DNA of 64,000 nt from Candidatus Limnocylindrales bacterium. Its GTDB lineage: Bacteria > Chloroflexota > Limnocylindria > Limnocylindrales > CSP1-4. Below, one piece after another: positions 19,109 to 27,639 of the stretch. The notes under the pieces were generated by a model. That model did not search any database, had not been told where the DNA came from, and saw only the letters and a list, made by a program, of their open reading frames with translations. Location: NCBI GenBank assembly GCA_035717865.1, contig DASTIE010000177.1, positions 547-64,546 on the forward strand, written 5' to 3'. Position numbers and translations under genes: made by a program. Within the stretch, counting starts at the first letter, position 1. Every line of letters starts with the position of its first letter.

Positions 19109-19726
19109 GTGGCACGCATGTCCCCCGAGGAGCGGCGCGAGGCGATCGTCGACGCTGCACTCGCCGTGGCGCGGCGCAAGGGACTGGCGGCGACGACGGT
19201 GCGCGACGTCGCGACGGAGATGGGCACCTCGAGCGGCCTGATCCACCACTACTTCAACTCGATGGACGAGGTGCTCGCGGCGGCATTCGAGCGGGTCGCG
19301 CGCGACGACCTCGAGCAGACCGAGGTGCTGCTCCAGGAGATCGGCGACCCCCAGGAGCTGATCCGGGCGTTCCTCGCCTCGTACGCCCCCGTCGGCGACG
19401 ACTGGGCCTTCCAGCTGTGGCTCGACGCCTGGGCCGAGGCGGCCCGGCGCCCCGTGCTCCGCGAGGCCTCGTCTCGGCTGAACCTCGCCTGGGCGGCCCT
19501 GCTCGAGCGTGCGATCAGGGCCGGCGTGGCGGACGGCACGTTCCACTGCGACGACCCCACGGCCGCGGCGTGGCGGATCCTCTCGGTCATCGACGGGCTG
19601 GCCCTCCAGGTGGTCGCACACCGCACCATCCTCGATCGCGCGGACATGCTCGCCTGGGCCGCGACCGCCGCGGAGCGGGAGCTGGCGCTTCCGCCCGGCG
19701 GGCTGCGAGTGGCGCCGCCGCAGTAA
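19109..19726 (+). CDS. TetR-family transcriptional regulator
   Basis: N-terminal HTH LAATTVRDVATEMGTSSGLIHHYF. GTG start. Confidence 0.85.
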   Translation: MARMSPEERREAIVDAALAVARRKGLAATTVRDVATEMGTSSGLIHHYFNSMDEVLAAAFERVARDDLEQTEVLLQEIGDPQELIRAFLASYAPVGDDWAFQLWLDAWAEAARRPVLREASSRLNLAWAALLERAIRAGVADGTFHCDDPTAAAWRILSVIDGLALQVVAHRTILDRADMLAWAATAAERELALPPGGLRVAPPQ

Positions 19727-19805
19727 TCGGCTGCGCCCCGACGAGAGGGCGGTGCGAGGCCGGCGCGAGCGCGACAGCGCACCGGGGCGCGACGTCCGCC
19801 CTCGT

Positions 19806-19822
19806 TGCCACAGGACTGCAAC
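19806..19822 (+). promoter_or_regulatory. Motif copy 4, TGCCACAGGACTGCAAC (dyad GTTGC-N9-GCAAC), 23 nt upstream of the ATG at 19846
   Basis: TACTGT (TANNNT) lies 8-13 nt upstream of the ATG, consistent with a leaderless transcript. Confidence 0.5.
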
Positions 19823-19845
19823 AGGCGATTCCTACTGTCCCGGTC

Positions 19846-20433
19846 ATGCTGACGTTCCATCGCCGCCTCGCCGCGCTTCTGACCGTCGTGAGCCTGGCCC
19901 TTGGCGCCTGTGGCGGTTCCGCGGCCACCAGCCCGCCGGGCGCGGGCAATCCCACTGCAGGTCCGGGTGCGACGCCCGGCGACGCCGCCGGGACGCCCGC
20001 CGGAGTCGCGACCCAGGCTTCCGGTGCTCCTGGCGGTCCCGATGCCGCCACGGACCCGTGCAGCCTCCTGACCGCCGAGGAGATCAAGACGGCCACCGGC
20101 TTCTCGCCCATCAGCGCGACCCCCGGCCCGACGATGGGCGTCTTCGATGTCGGGTGCGAGTGGGAGCTGGACAACGAGGGCAGCGGCGTGCCCTGGAGCA
20201 TCGTGATCGGCCTGCGAGCCGATGGCGGGCGCGAGTACTACGACGACTACTTCGCACCCCCGGTCGGCGAGGGCGAGGTGCTCCAGGGTGTCGGAGACGC
20301 CGCCATCCAGACGGACATCGGCGACGTGAACGCGGTCCGGAACGACGTGATGTTCAGCGTCAGCTACATCGAGTTCCCGTCTCGAAACGACGTGCCCGTT
20401 GCCCTCGCGAAGCTCATCGCGAGCAAGCTGTGA
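19846..20433 (+). CDS. DUF3558-like secreted lipoprotein
   Basis: MLTFHRRLAALLTVVSLALGACGG has a lipobox. A Gly/Pro/Ala linker is followed by DPCSLLTAEEI..GC.W, the motif shared by the paralogs at 20430, 21156, 27037 and 31014. Confidence 0.7.
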   Translation: MLTFHRRLAALLTVVSLALGACGGSAATSPPGAGNPTAGPGATPGDAAGTPAGVATQASGAPGGPDAATDPCSLLTAEEIKTATGFSPISATPGPTMGVFDVGCEWELDNEGSGVPWSIVIGLRADGGREYYDDYFAPPVGEGEVLQGVGDAAIQTDIGDVNAVRNDVMFSVSYIEFPSRNDVPVALAKLIASKL

Positions 20434-21104
20434 GCGACCTCCGAACGACCGGCGCGACCACGAACGGGAAGGCCCGGGCGAGCCTCGTCACCAGCCGTCC
20501 ATCGGCCACGATTGCCGCCTTTGCGGCGGCGCTCCTGCTCGCGGCCTGCTCCGGGGCGCCGAACCCACCCGGCGCCCCCGGCGCGACAGGGGCCCAGGGC
20601 GGGCCCGCCGGAGCCACTGCGGCGCCCGCCGGCCCGACCGCCACGCAGGCGCCCGGCGGCGCTTCCGCGACGGCGGCTCCCGGCGGCCCGGGCGCGACGC
20701 TCGCGCCCGGAGCGAGTCCCAGCACGGACGCCTGCGCGGTCCTGTCCGCGACAGACATCCAGGCCGTCACGGGGGCGACGCTCGTGACGACCGTGCCCGC
20801 CCAGCAGCAGGGAATCTTCACCAACGGCTGCCTCTACGAGCTTAATGACGGGTCGACGACGACCACGGTCAACCTCGGCGTCATGGTGCCCGGCGGTCGC
20901 GCGTACTACGACGCCAACGTCCGCAACGCCGGCTACGGCTCGATCGAGGGCCTGGGCGAGGCGGCGGTCAAGGCCCGCGCGGGCGCAGTGATGGTCCTCG
21001 CCGGAGACGTCCTCTTGAGCGTGCAGTACTTCGGCCCGACCGGGCCGGACGACAGCACGGCCGCGGAGTTCGCGACGAAGATCCTCGCGAACCTCGGGCT
21101 GTAG
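20430..21104 (+). CDS. DUF3558-like lipoprotein, paralog
   Basis: GTGA overlap with the preceding stop. Lipobox LLLAACSG; DACAVLSATDI..GCLYEL motif. Confidence 0.6.
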   Translation: MSDLRTTGATTNGKARASLVTSRPSATIAAFAAALLLAACSGAPNPPGAPGATGAQGGPAGATAAPAGPTATQAPGGASATAAPGGPGATLAPGASPSTDACAVLSATDIQAVTGATLVTTVPAQQQGIFTNGCLYELNDGSTTTTVNLGVMVPGGRAYYDANVRNAGYGSIEGLGEAAVKARAGAVMVLAGDVLLSVQYFGPTGPDDSTAAEFATKILANLGL

Positions 21105-21115
21105 GGCCACATGGC

Positions 21116-21132
21116 TGCCACAGGACTGCAAC
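21116..21132 (+). promoter_or_regulatory. Motif copy 5, TGCCACAGGACTGCAAC, 23 nt upstream of the ATG at 21156
   Basis: Identical core to copy 4. The ORF-track ATG at 21111 lies inside the motif and is rejected as the start. Confidence 0.5.
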
Positions 21133-21155
21133 AGGGCGTCCGTAGCGTTCGGCGC

Positions 21156-21764
21156 ATGAACATCACACCCCTCGCCCGCACCTCCTTCCACGCAGCAGCG
21201 CTCAGCCTCGTGACTGCGCTCGCACTCGCCGCCTGCGGTGGCGGGGGCGGCGCGCCCGGTACCGGCGCCACCGCCAACCCCGGCGGGCCGCTCGCCACGG
21301 CCGCGGCAGGCCCCGCGACCCAGGTCCCGGCTCCCGGGACCACCCAGGCACCGGCCGGTGCGACCGTCGACGCCTGTGCGTTGCTCTCCGATGCGGACAT
21401 CAAGGCCGCCTCCGGGCTCGAGCCCAAGGGCCCGGGCACCCCCGCCCTGTTCGGTTACTACACGGCGGGTTGCCAATGGGACATCGTGAATGAGGGCGCC
21501 GCCGTCGCACCCACCCTCGCTATCGGCGTGCTCCCGACCGGGGGCATGGAGCAGTACGATCGGGACATCGCGCCATTCGGGGTCGAGTACGGCTACGAGC
21601 CCATCGAGGGCCTGGGCGACAAGGCCGTCGACTACGGCGGCGGCGCCGTCCTGGTGCTGACGGGCGACACGCTCGTCGAGGTCCAGTACGCCGCCATCAA
21701 AGCGAACGACGTCGAGATCGCGACCGAGCTCGCGAGGACCGTCCTCAGCCACCTCGGCGGCTGA
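21156..21764 (+). CDS. DUF3558-like lipoprotein, paralog
   Basis: MNITPLARTSFHAAALSLVTALALAACGG has a lipobox; DACALLSDADI..GCQWDI motif. Confidence 0.7.
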   Translation: MNITPLARTSFHAAALSLVTALALAACGGGGGAPGTGATANPGGPLATAAAGPATQVPAPGTTQAPAGATVDACALLSDADIKAASGLEPKGPGTPALFGYYTAGCQWDIVNEGAAVAPTLAIGVLPTGGMEQYDRDIAPFGVEYGYEPIEGLGDKAVDYGGGAVLVLTGDTLVEVQYAAIKANDVEIATELARTVLSHLGG

Positions 21765-21771
21765 GGCGGAC

Positions 21772-23574
21772 GTGACGCCTCGTCTCCAATCCCCCAGGCC
21801 CGGCAGGGCCGCCGCCATCCTCCTCGCGGCGGCGCTGCTCGGGTCCGCGGGGTGCGGCCAGGCGGCACCCTCGAGCTCCTCTGGCTCCGGCGGTGATTCC
21901 AGCTCGCCCGCGACGCCCGATCCCGCCGCGGGCGCGCCGCAGTGGGAGCCGCGAACCCCGTGGGAGCGGGCTGTCGTGGCCGTCGACGAGAACGGCGCGT
22001 ACTCCAAGGCAGCAGCGTTGACGCTCTTCGCGACGGCCTACGGACCGCTGCCCGGCGTGGACGTCCAGCAGGACCTGAACGGCCTCGAGGATCGCACCCT
22101 CGCGATCGATGCCGTCGCCCGCCACCGCGACGAGCTCACGGCCGAGCAGCGCTCCGCCATCGACGCGTATCTGGCCCCGCCCGAGGACGCGATCAGGATT
22201 GACGTCCCGCCGGTCGCCCAGCTCGGGACGATGCGGCTGGTCAATGCCAATCCGGGCCTCGAGGACGCCATCCGCGAGGTCGCCGAGGAGGCTCGGATGG
22301 ACATCGCGGCGAAGATCGGCGACCACGAAGGCTTCATGCACATCTACTTCAAGCCGCGTCCGGCGGACGTCAAGCCGATCGAGGGCATCTACCCCAACGG
22401 CGGGACCGTGGCCGAGTACGACGGCGGCCTCTTCAACGGCTGCAACATCACGATCTACGACGAGGCGACCGCGCAGTCCGGCCTCCAGCTCACGGCACTC
22501 ATGACCCATGAGGTCATGCACTGCTTCCAGGCGGCGGCGCATGGTGATGTCGAGACGCACAACAACGCGCCGGGCTGGATCAACGAGGGCATGGCGACGT
22601 GGGTCGGCATGGAGCTCGGCGGCCCCAGCCCGAACTACGAGCGCTTCTGGGATCTCTACCTCGTCATGCCGCAGATCCCGTTGACGTCCCGGGCCTACGA
22701 CGCCGTCGGCTTCTACGCCCACCTCGAGGACGCTGGGATCGACCCGTGGGGCGTGATCCGTCCAATCCTTGCGGCGGGAACCAACAGCCTCGACGCGTAT
22801 CGCTCTGCGGGTGCCGACTCGGAGGCGTTCGTCGATACCTGGGCATCCAGCGTGCTCCGCGACGGCGGCGCCTGGGACACTGATGGCCCCGGAATCACGA
22901 GCACCGCCTACAAGCCGGGCGTGGCGATCGTGAGCAACGGCGCGGATCTTCCTCTCAGCCAGCCGTTCTTCTCCAACGACATCAGGCGCTACGTCCTCGA
23001 GGCCGACATGGTCGAGATCGAGGTCGACGGCCACGCCCGCCTCCGTGCGGGAGCTATGGACCTCGCGATCCACGGCTCCGTGCGCTACTGCGTGGAGGGC
23101 CACGACTGCTCCAAGGTCTGCCCGGGCTCGGAGCCGCCGCTGACGGACGGAACGGTCCCGTCCTCCGTGCTCCTCGCGACGAGCGGCGGCAGCGAGGGCC
23201 TGGTCGGCCACATCCGGGGCGTGAAGCTCGAGGAGCCGAAGTGCAGCGATCCGCCGTCCGCGGAGCCGACCGACGGCGACTTCTGCCGTCGCTATCGCGA
23301 CTACGTCAGCTGGGCGACGGCGCTCGGGCCCGACACGGACATCACGCAGGAGATCGCGGGCGAGATCGCACGCCGCTTCGACGACATGTACCCGGTCGCG
23401 CCGGCGGAGCTCAAGAACTGGGTCGCTCTCGTGTACCGGATTTACGCGACGTTCGCCAAGATCGAGGAGCCGGCGAACATCCCGGCCACGGGGCAGGTCG
23501 GCGGGATCAGCGAGCTGCCCAAGGCCCTCCAGGCGATGCATACCTACTGCGGCCTGGCCTGGCCTCCCGCCTGA
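21772..23574 (+). CDS. Secreted lipoprotein with HExxH zinc-metalloprotease motif (hypothetical metallopeptidase)
   Basis: Lipobox LLGSAGCGQ; HEVMHCFQ (HExxH) followed by NEGMATWVG. Paralog of 27636-30860; WEPRT.WERA..LFATA.GPLPGVDVQQDL is shared. Confidence 0.65.
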   Translation: MTPRLQSPRPGRAAAILLAAALLGSAGCGQAAPSSSSGSGGDSSSPATPDPAAGAPQWEPRTPWERAVVAVDENGAYSKAAALTLFATAYGPLPGVDVQQDLNGLEDRTLAIDAVARHRDELTAEQRSAIDAYLAPPEDAIRIDVPPVAQLGTMRLVNANPGLEDAIREVAEEARMDIAAKIGDHEGFMHIYFKPRPADVKPIEGIYPNGGTVAEYDGGLFNGCNITIYDEATAQSGLQLTALMTHEVMHCFQAAAHGDVETHNNAPGWINEGMATWVGMELGGPSPNYERFWDLYLVMPQIPLTSRAYDAVGFYAHLEDAGIDPWGVIRPILAAGTNSLDAYRSAGADSEAFVDTWASSVLRDGGAWDTDGPGITSTAYKPGVAIVSNGADLPLSQPFFSNDIRRYVLEADMVEIEVDGHARLRAGAMDLAIHGSVRYCVEGHDCSKVCPGSEPPLTDGTVPSSVLLATSGGSEGLVGHIRGVKLEEPKCSDPPSAEPTDGDFCRRYRDYVSWATALGPDTDITQEIAGEIARRFDDMYPVAPAELKNWVALVYRIYATFAKIEEPANIPATGQVGGISELPKALQAMHTYCGLAWPPA

Positions 23575-23701
23575 CCGAGCCCGGCTGATCCCACGCGAAC
23601 GCCTTCGCGTGGACGACGGTCGTGGCAGCGCGCATTGGCTACTCTCGCGCCACGCCCGCAGCGGGGGTCGCTGACGGCGGGCTCGCCCCCGTGGAGGGTC
23701 C

Positions 23702-26506
23702 GTGGAGCCGCGCGCAACCTCGGTCGAGATTCGATTGCTGGGTCCCGTGGAGCTGCGCATCGATGGACGGGATGTGCCGCTGGGCGGCGCCCGCCAGCGC
23801 GGGCTCCTGGCGCTGCTCGCGCTCCGGGCCGGGCAGGTGCTGTCCGCCGACGAGCTGGTCGAGGACCTCTGGGCGGGCGAGCCGACCGATGGCGCCGACA
23901 CGACCCTTCGAAGCTACGTCTCGCGACTGCGGCGGTCGCTCACGGACGCGGTCTCGATCGAGCGGACGGACCGAGGCTACGCGATCCACCTCCCGCCAGG
24001 CGCCGTGGACGTGCTGGAGTTCGAGCGGCTGGTGCGCGAGGGAGGCGAGACCCTCGCCCGCGGCTCGGCGCGGCGGGCCGGCGAGCAGCTCGCGCAGGCG
24101 CTGGCGCTATGGCGCGGTCGGCCGTTCGGCGAGCTCGGTGGCGAGGGCACGCTCGGCGGCGCGACCGAGCGCCTGGAGGAGCTGCGGCTCCTCGCGGTCG
24201 AGCGGCGCATCGAGGCTGACCTCGACCTCGGGCGCGGTGCGGAGCTGATCGACGAGCTCGAGGCCCACGTTCGCGAGCAGCCGTTCCGGGAGCGACTGTG
24301 GCAGCACCTGATGCTCGCGCTCTACCGGGCCGGTCGCCAGGCGGACGCGCTGGCCGCGTACCACCGCGCGCGCGCGGCGCTGGATGAGCACCTCGGGATC
24401 GAGCCCGGGGAGGAGCTCCGCGCCCTCGAGGCCGCGATCCTGCAGCAGACGGTCCCGCCGCCCGCCGCCGCGGAGGACCGCTCGCCGCTGCCGATCCCGG
24501 TCAGCAGCTTCGTCGGGCGCGAGGCGGAGCTGGCCGCGCTGGCGCCGCGCATTCGCGGGGAGCGGCTGCTCACGCTCACGGGGGTCGGCGGCGTGGGCAA
24601 GACGCGGCTCGCGCTGGAGCTCGCCCAGCGAACCGCCGCCGAGTTCGCCGACGGCGTGGCGTTCGTCGACCTGTCGCCCCTCGCGGACGCCGGCCTCGTG
24701 GCCGGCGAGGTCGCTGTCGCGCTCGGCGTACGGGAGCAGGGCGAGCGCGATCTCGCCGAGCTGGTCGCCGCGCGGGTCCGTGCAGCGGACCTGCTGCTGG
24801 TCCTGGACAACTGCGAGCACGTCCGGGGGGTCGCGGCGTCCCTGGTGGAGCGGCTGCTGCTCGCCGGGCCGGGACTGCGCATCCTCGCCACGAGCCGGTC
24901 GCCGCTCGGCGTTCCGGGCGAGGCCGAGGTGCCCGTCGCGCCACTGAGCGTCGACTCCGACGCCGTGCGCCTCCTGCTGGCCCGGGCCCGCGCGGCGCGT
25001 CCGAGCATCGCGGACGACGCGGCGACGCTCGCCATCGCGGCCCGGATCTGCACGGACCTGGAGGGCCTGCCGCTGGCCATCGAGCTCGCGGCCGCCCGCG
25101 CGCGCTCCCTTTCCCTCGACGACATCGCCCAGCGGCTGGACGACCGCTTTCGCTTCCTCGTGTCCTGGCGTCGGCTCACGACGGCCCGGCACCGGACGCT
25201 CGGCGAGGCGATGGACTGGAGTCACGACCTCCTCGCGCCGGACGAGCAGGAGCTGCTCGCCGGGCTGTCCGTGTTCGCGGGCGGCTTCAACCTCGTGGCC
25301 GTCGCTGCCGTGTGCGCCGGCGGTGACGATGACGCGGCGCTGCGGCGGATCGAGGCCCTGGTTGAGGCCTCGCTCGTCATCGCCGGGGATGGGCCCGGCG
25401 AGACCCGCTACCGGCTCCTGGAGACGGTCCGCCAGTACGCGGCCAAGCGCCTCGAGGCGGCAGGCGCAGGCGACGACGTGCGACGCCGCCATGCGACGTG
25501 GTGTCTCGAGCTGGCCGAGGCGGCCGCGCCCGAGCTGTCCGGCGAGCGCCAGGGAGCGTGGTTCGCGCGGCTCGAAGCGGAGCAGGACAACCTGCGCGTC
25601 GCCCTGGCCTTCCTCGCGGAATCCGGCCTGTGGCGCGAGCACCTCCGCCTGGCGATCGCGCTCACCCGCTTCTGGTACGTGCGTGGCCACCTCCTCGAGG
25701 GTCGCGCGAACCTGGAGCAGGCACTGCAGGGCGACACGGCCCATGACCCGGTGCTCCGCCGCCGGGCGCTGACGGCCGCCGCATCCCTCGCGCTCCTGCA
25801 GGGCGAGCACGCGACCGCGACCTCGTTCGCCGAGGAAGGGCTGGCCGTCGCGCGCGAGACGGGCGAGCAGCACCTCGTCGCCAATGCCCTCAGCAACCTC
25901 GGGGCGATCGTGCTCGCGGGCGGCGACGCGGACCGGGCAGGACCGCTGCTCGAGGAGGCCGTGGCGGTGGCGCGCGGAGCCGGGGACCAGCGGATCCTCG
26001 CGCTCGCGGTGAACAACCGGGGCGACTATGCGCTGACCCGTGGCGATTTCGCGACGGCGAGGCCGCTCTTCGAGGAGAGCCTCGAGCTGCTTCGCGCGCG
26101 CGGCGACACGGCCAACGTCTCGCGGGCGCTGTTCAACCTCGGCGCCAGCGAGCTGGAGCTGGGGCGACACGATGTCGCAGGCGAGCACTTCCGCGAGGGC
26201 CTGGCCCTGGCTCGCGATGCCGGCGACCGCGAGGATCTGGCGTGGCTCCTCGAGGGCATCGGGGCCATCGCGGCCGCGCGAGGCGACGCCGACCGGGCTG
26301 CGAAGCTCCTCGGCGCTGCGGACGGGGTGCTCCAGGCGATGGGCGCCGACCACAAGCCCTACGAGCGCTCGCTGCGCGACCGGACGGACGCTGCCACCGT
26401 GCGCCGCATCGGCGCGGAGGCGACCGCCGCGGCGTTGCTCGAAGGCCGCAGCATGCCCCTCGCGGACGCAATCGAGCTCGCCCTCGAGATCCCACCCGGC
26501 ACCTGA
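23702..26506 (+). CDS. SARP/AfsR-family transcriptional regulator (OmpR-type wHTH + BTAD + NB-ARC + TPR)
   Basis: VEIRLLGPVELRIDG wHTH. BTAD region (RLWQHLMLALYRAGRQADALAAY), P-loop LTGVGGVGKTRLA, and long TPR-like C-terminus. Start ATG 23702 or GTG 23723. Confidence 0.8.
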   Translation: MEPRATSVEIRLLGPVELRIDGRDVPLGGARQRGLLALLALRAGQVLSADELVEDLWAGEPTDGADTTLRSYVSRLRRSLTDAVSIERTDRGYAIHLPPGAVDVLEFERLVREGGETLARGSARRAGEQLAQALALWRGRPFGELGGEGTLGGATERLEELRLLAVERRIEADLDLGRGAELIDELEAHVREQPFRERLWQHLMLALYRAGRQADALAAYHRARAALDEHLGIEPGEELRALEAAILQQTVPPPAAAEDRSPLPIPVSSFVGREAELAALAPRIRGERLLTLTGVGGVGKTRLALELAQRTAAEFADGVAFVDLSPLADAGLVAGEVAVALGVREQGERDLAELVAARVRAADLLLVLDNCEHVRGVAASLVERLLLAGPGLRILATSRSPLGVPGEAEVPVAPLSVDSDAVRLLLARARAARPSIADDAATLAIAARICTDLEGLPLAIELAAARARSLSLDDIAQRLDDRFRFLVSWRRLTTARHRTLGEAMDWSHDLLAPDEQELLAGLSVFAGGFNLVAVAAVCAGGDDDAALRRIEALVEASLVIAGDGPGETRYRLLETVRQYAAKRLEAAGAGDDVRRRHATWCLELAEAAAPELSGERQGAWFARLEAEQDNLRVALAFLAESGLWREHLRLAIALTRFWYVRGHLLEGRANLEQALQGDTAHDPVLRRRALTAAASLALLQGEHATATSFAEEGLAVARETGEQHLVANALSNLGAIVLAGGDADRAGPLLEEAVAVARGAGDQRILALAVNNRGDYALTRGDFATARPLFEESLELLRARGDTANVSRALFNLGASELELGRHDVAGEHFREGLALARDAGDREDLAWLLEGIGAIAAARGDADRAAKLLGAADGVLQAMGADHKPYERSLRDRTDAATVRRIGAEATAAALLEGRSMPLADAIELALEIPPGT

Positions 26507-26559
26507 ACCCCCCGGTATCGCGGGGCGGCGCATCGTGTGACGCTGCGGCAACGGGCGGC

Positions 26560-26576
26560 TGCCACGGAATTGCAAC
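26560..26576 (+). promoter_or_regulatory. Motif copy 6, TGCCACGGAATTGCAAC, 23 nt upstream of the GTG at 26600
   Basis: Consensus copy. Confidence 0.5.
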
Positions 26577-26599
26577 GACGCTCCGCAACCCTTCCGGTC

Positions 26600-27040
26600 G
26601 TGGAAGCACGCACCCCGATCGACGACGCGGCGGCCGATATCGATCGCTCCCGACTCGCCTTCCTTTCGGCGCTCAGCTCCGGCGATGCCGAGGCGGCGGC
26701 CGCGATCTACGCCGACGACGCGACGCTGCTCGCGCCCGCCGCAGACGTGCTCCACGGGCGCCAGGCGATCGAGCGCTTCTGGCGGACCGGCGTCGAGACG
26801 GGGATCGAGCAGGTCGAGCTCGCCGTCATCGACCTCCAGCAGCGGGGTGACGTCGCGTTCGAGGTCGGGCGGTACGAGTTGCACGTGCTGCCGGAATCGG
26901 GTGCGCGGGTGGTGGATCGCGGCCGCTACCTGGTCGTCCACCGCGTGGAGGCGGACGGCCACTGGCGCCGTGCCGCAGAGATGTTCAGCCCGGACACTGT
27001 GCCGGGTCCCGAGACCGTGGATCGGAGGACAAACGAATGA
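26600..27040 (+). CDS. SnoaL-like/NTF2-like (DUF4440-like) small protein
   Basis: GTG start 23 nt after the motif. NTF2-like fold pattern (IYADDATLLAP..GRQAIERFW..). No signal peptide. The ORF-track ATG at 26537 would precede the motif. Confidence 0.55.
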   Translation: MEARTPIDDAAADIDRSRLAFLSALSSGDAEAAAAIYADDATLLAPAADVLHGRQAIERFWRTGVETGIEQVELAVIDLQQRGDVAFEVGRYELHVLPESGARVVDRGRYLVVHRVEADGHWRRAAEMFSPDTVPGPETVDRRTNE

Positions 27041-27639
27041 ATCGTTCGTCGGCGCCGGCTGCTGGGGCCGTCGTTTCCCTGGGGCTCCTGGCCTCGCTCG
27101 TGCTGGGCGCGTGCGGCGGTGGCGGGGCGGCGGCCACGGCCGGCGCACCCGGCGTCGGCGGCGGCACCGGCGGACCAGGAGCGGCAGCCGGCACGGACGC
27201 CCCTGCGCCGGCAGGCCCAACAGCAGCACCGGGCGGCGTGGGTGCCGGAACGGACCTGCCGTATCCCTGCAGCCTCCTGACCCCCGAGGAGATCTCGGCG
27301 CTCACGGGCTACAACGTCGTACGGAGCAGCTCCACGACGGTCAACCTGGGCGACAACGACCTCAGCTGCTCGTGGGACCTCGACGGCCCCGCGGACCTGC
27401 CCGGAGCGGTCGTGGTGGGCTTCCAGCTGACCGGCGGTCGCGACGCCTTCCGGGCACGACAGGACTTCCTCGACGACGCTCCTGCCGTCGAGGGCGTGGG
27501 CGATGCCGCCATCCAGGAGGAAACCCTCGTCGTCAGCGCCGTGAAGGGCGACACCTACCTCACGCTCACGTACATGGAGTTCCCCGAGCCCGAGGGCATG
27601 GCGGCCAAGCTCGCCAAGGCCATCGCGGACGACCTGTGA
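27037..27639 (+). CDS. DUF3558-like lipoprotein, paralog
   Basis: ATGA overlap with the upstream stop; GGAGGA SD. Lipobox LVLGACGG; PCSLLTPEEI..SCSWDL motif. Confidence 0.7.
   Translation: MNRSSAPAAGAVVSLGLLASLVLGACGGGGAAATAGAPGVGGGTGGPGAAAGTDAPAPAGPTAAPGGVGAGTDLPYPCSLLTPEEISALTGYNVVRSSSTTVNLGDNDLSCSWDLDGPADLPGAVVVGFQLTGGRDAFRARQDFLDDAPAVEGVGDAAIQEETLVVSAVKGDTYLTLTYMEFPEPEGMAAKLAKAIADDL

Noticed and set aside
21111-21155. ATG at 21111 as the start of lipoprotein D
   Set aside because: This ATG lies inside the conserved motif. The ATG at 21156 gives a canonical signal peptide plus lipobox and the same 23-nt motif-to-start spacing as the paralogs.
24107-27229. 1040-aa minus-strand ORF
   Set aside because: Entirely antisense to the well-supported SARP regulator and the SnoaL/lipoprotein genes. 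Composition is Arg/Ala/Pro-rich with no family signal.
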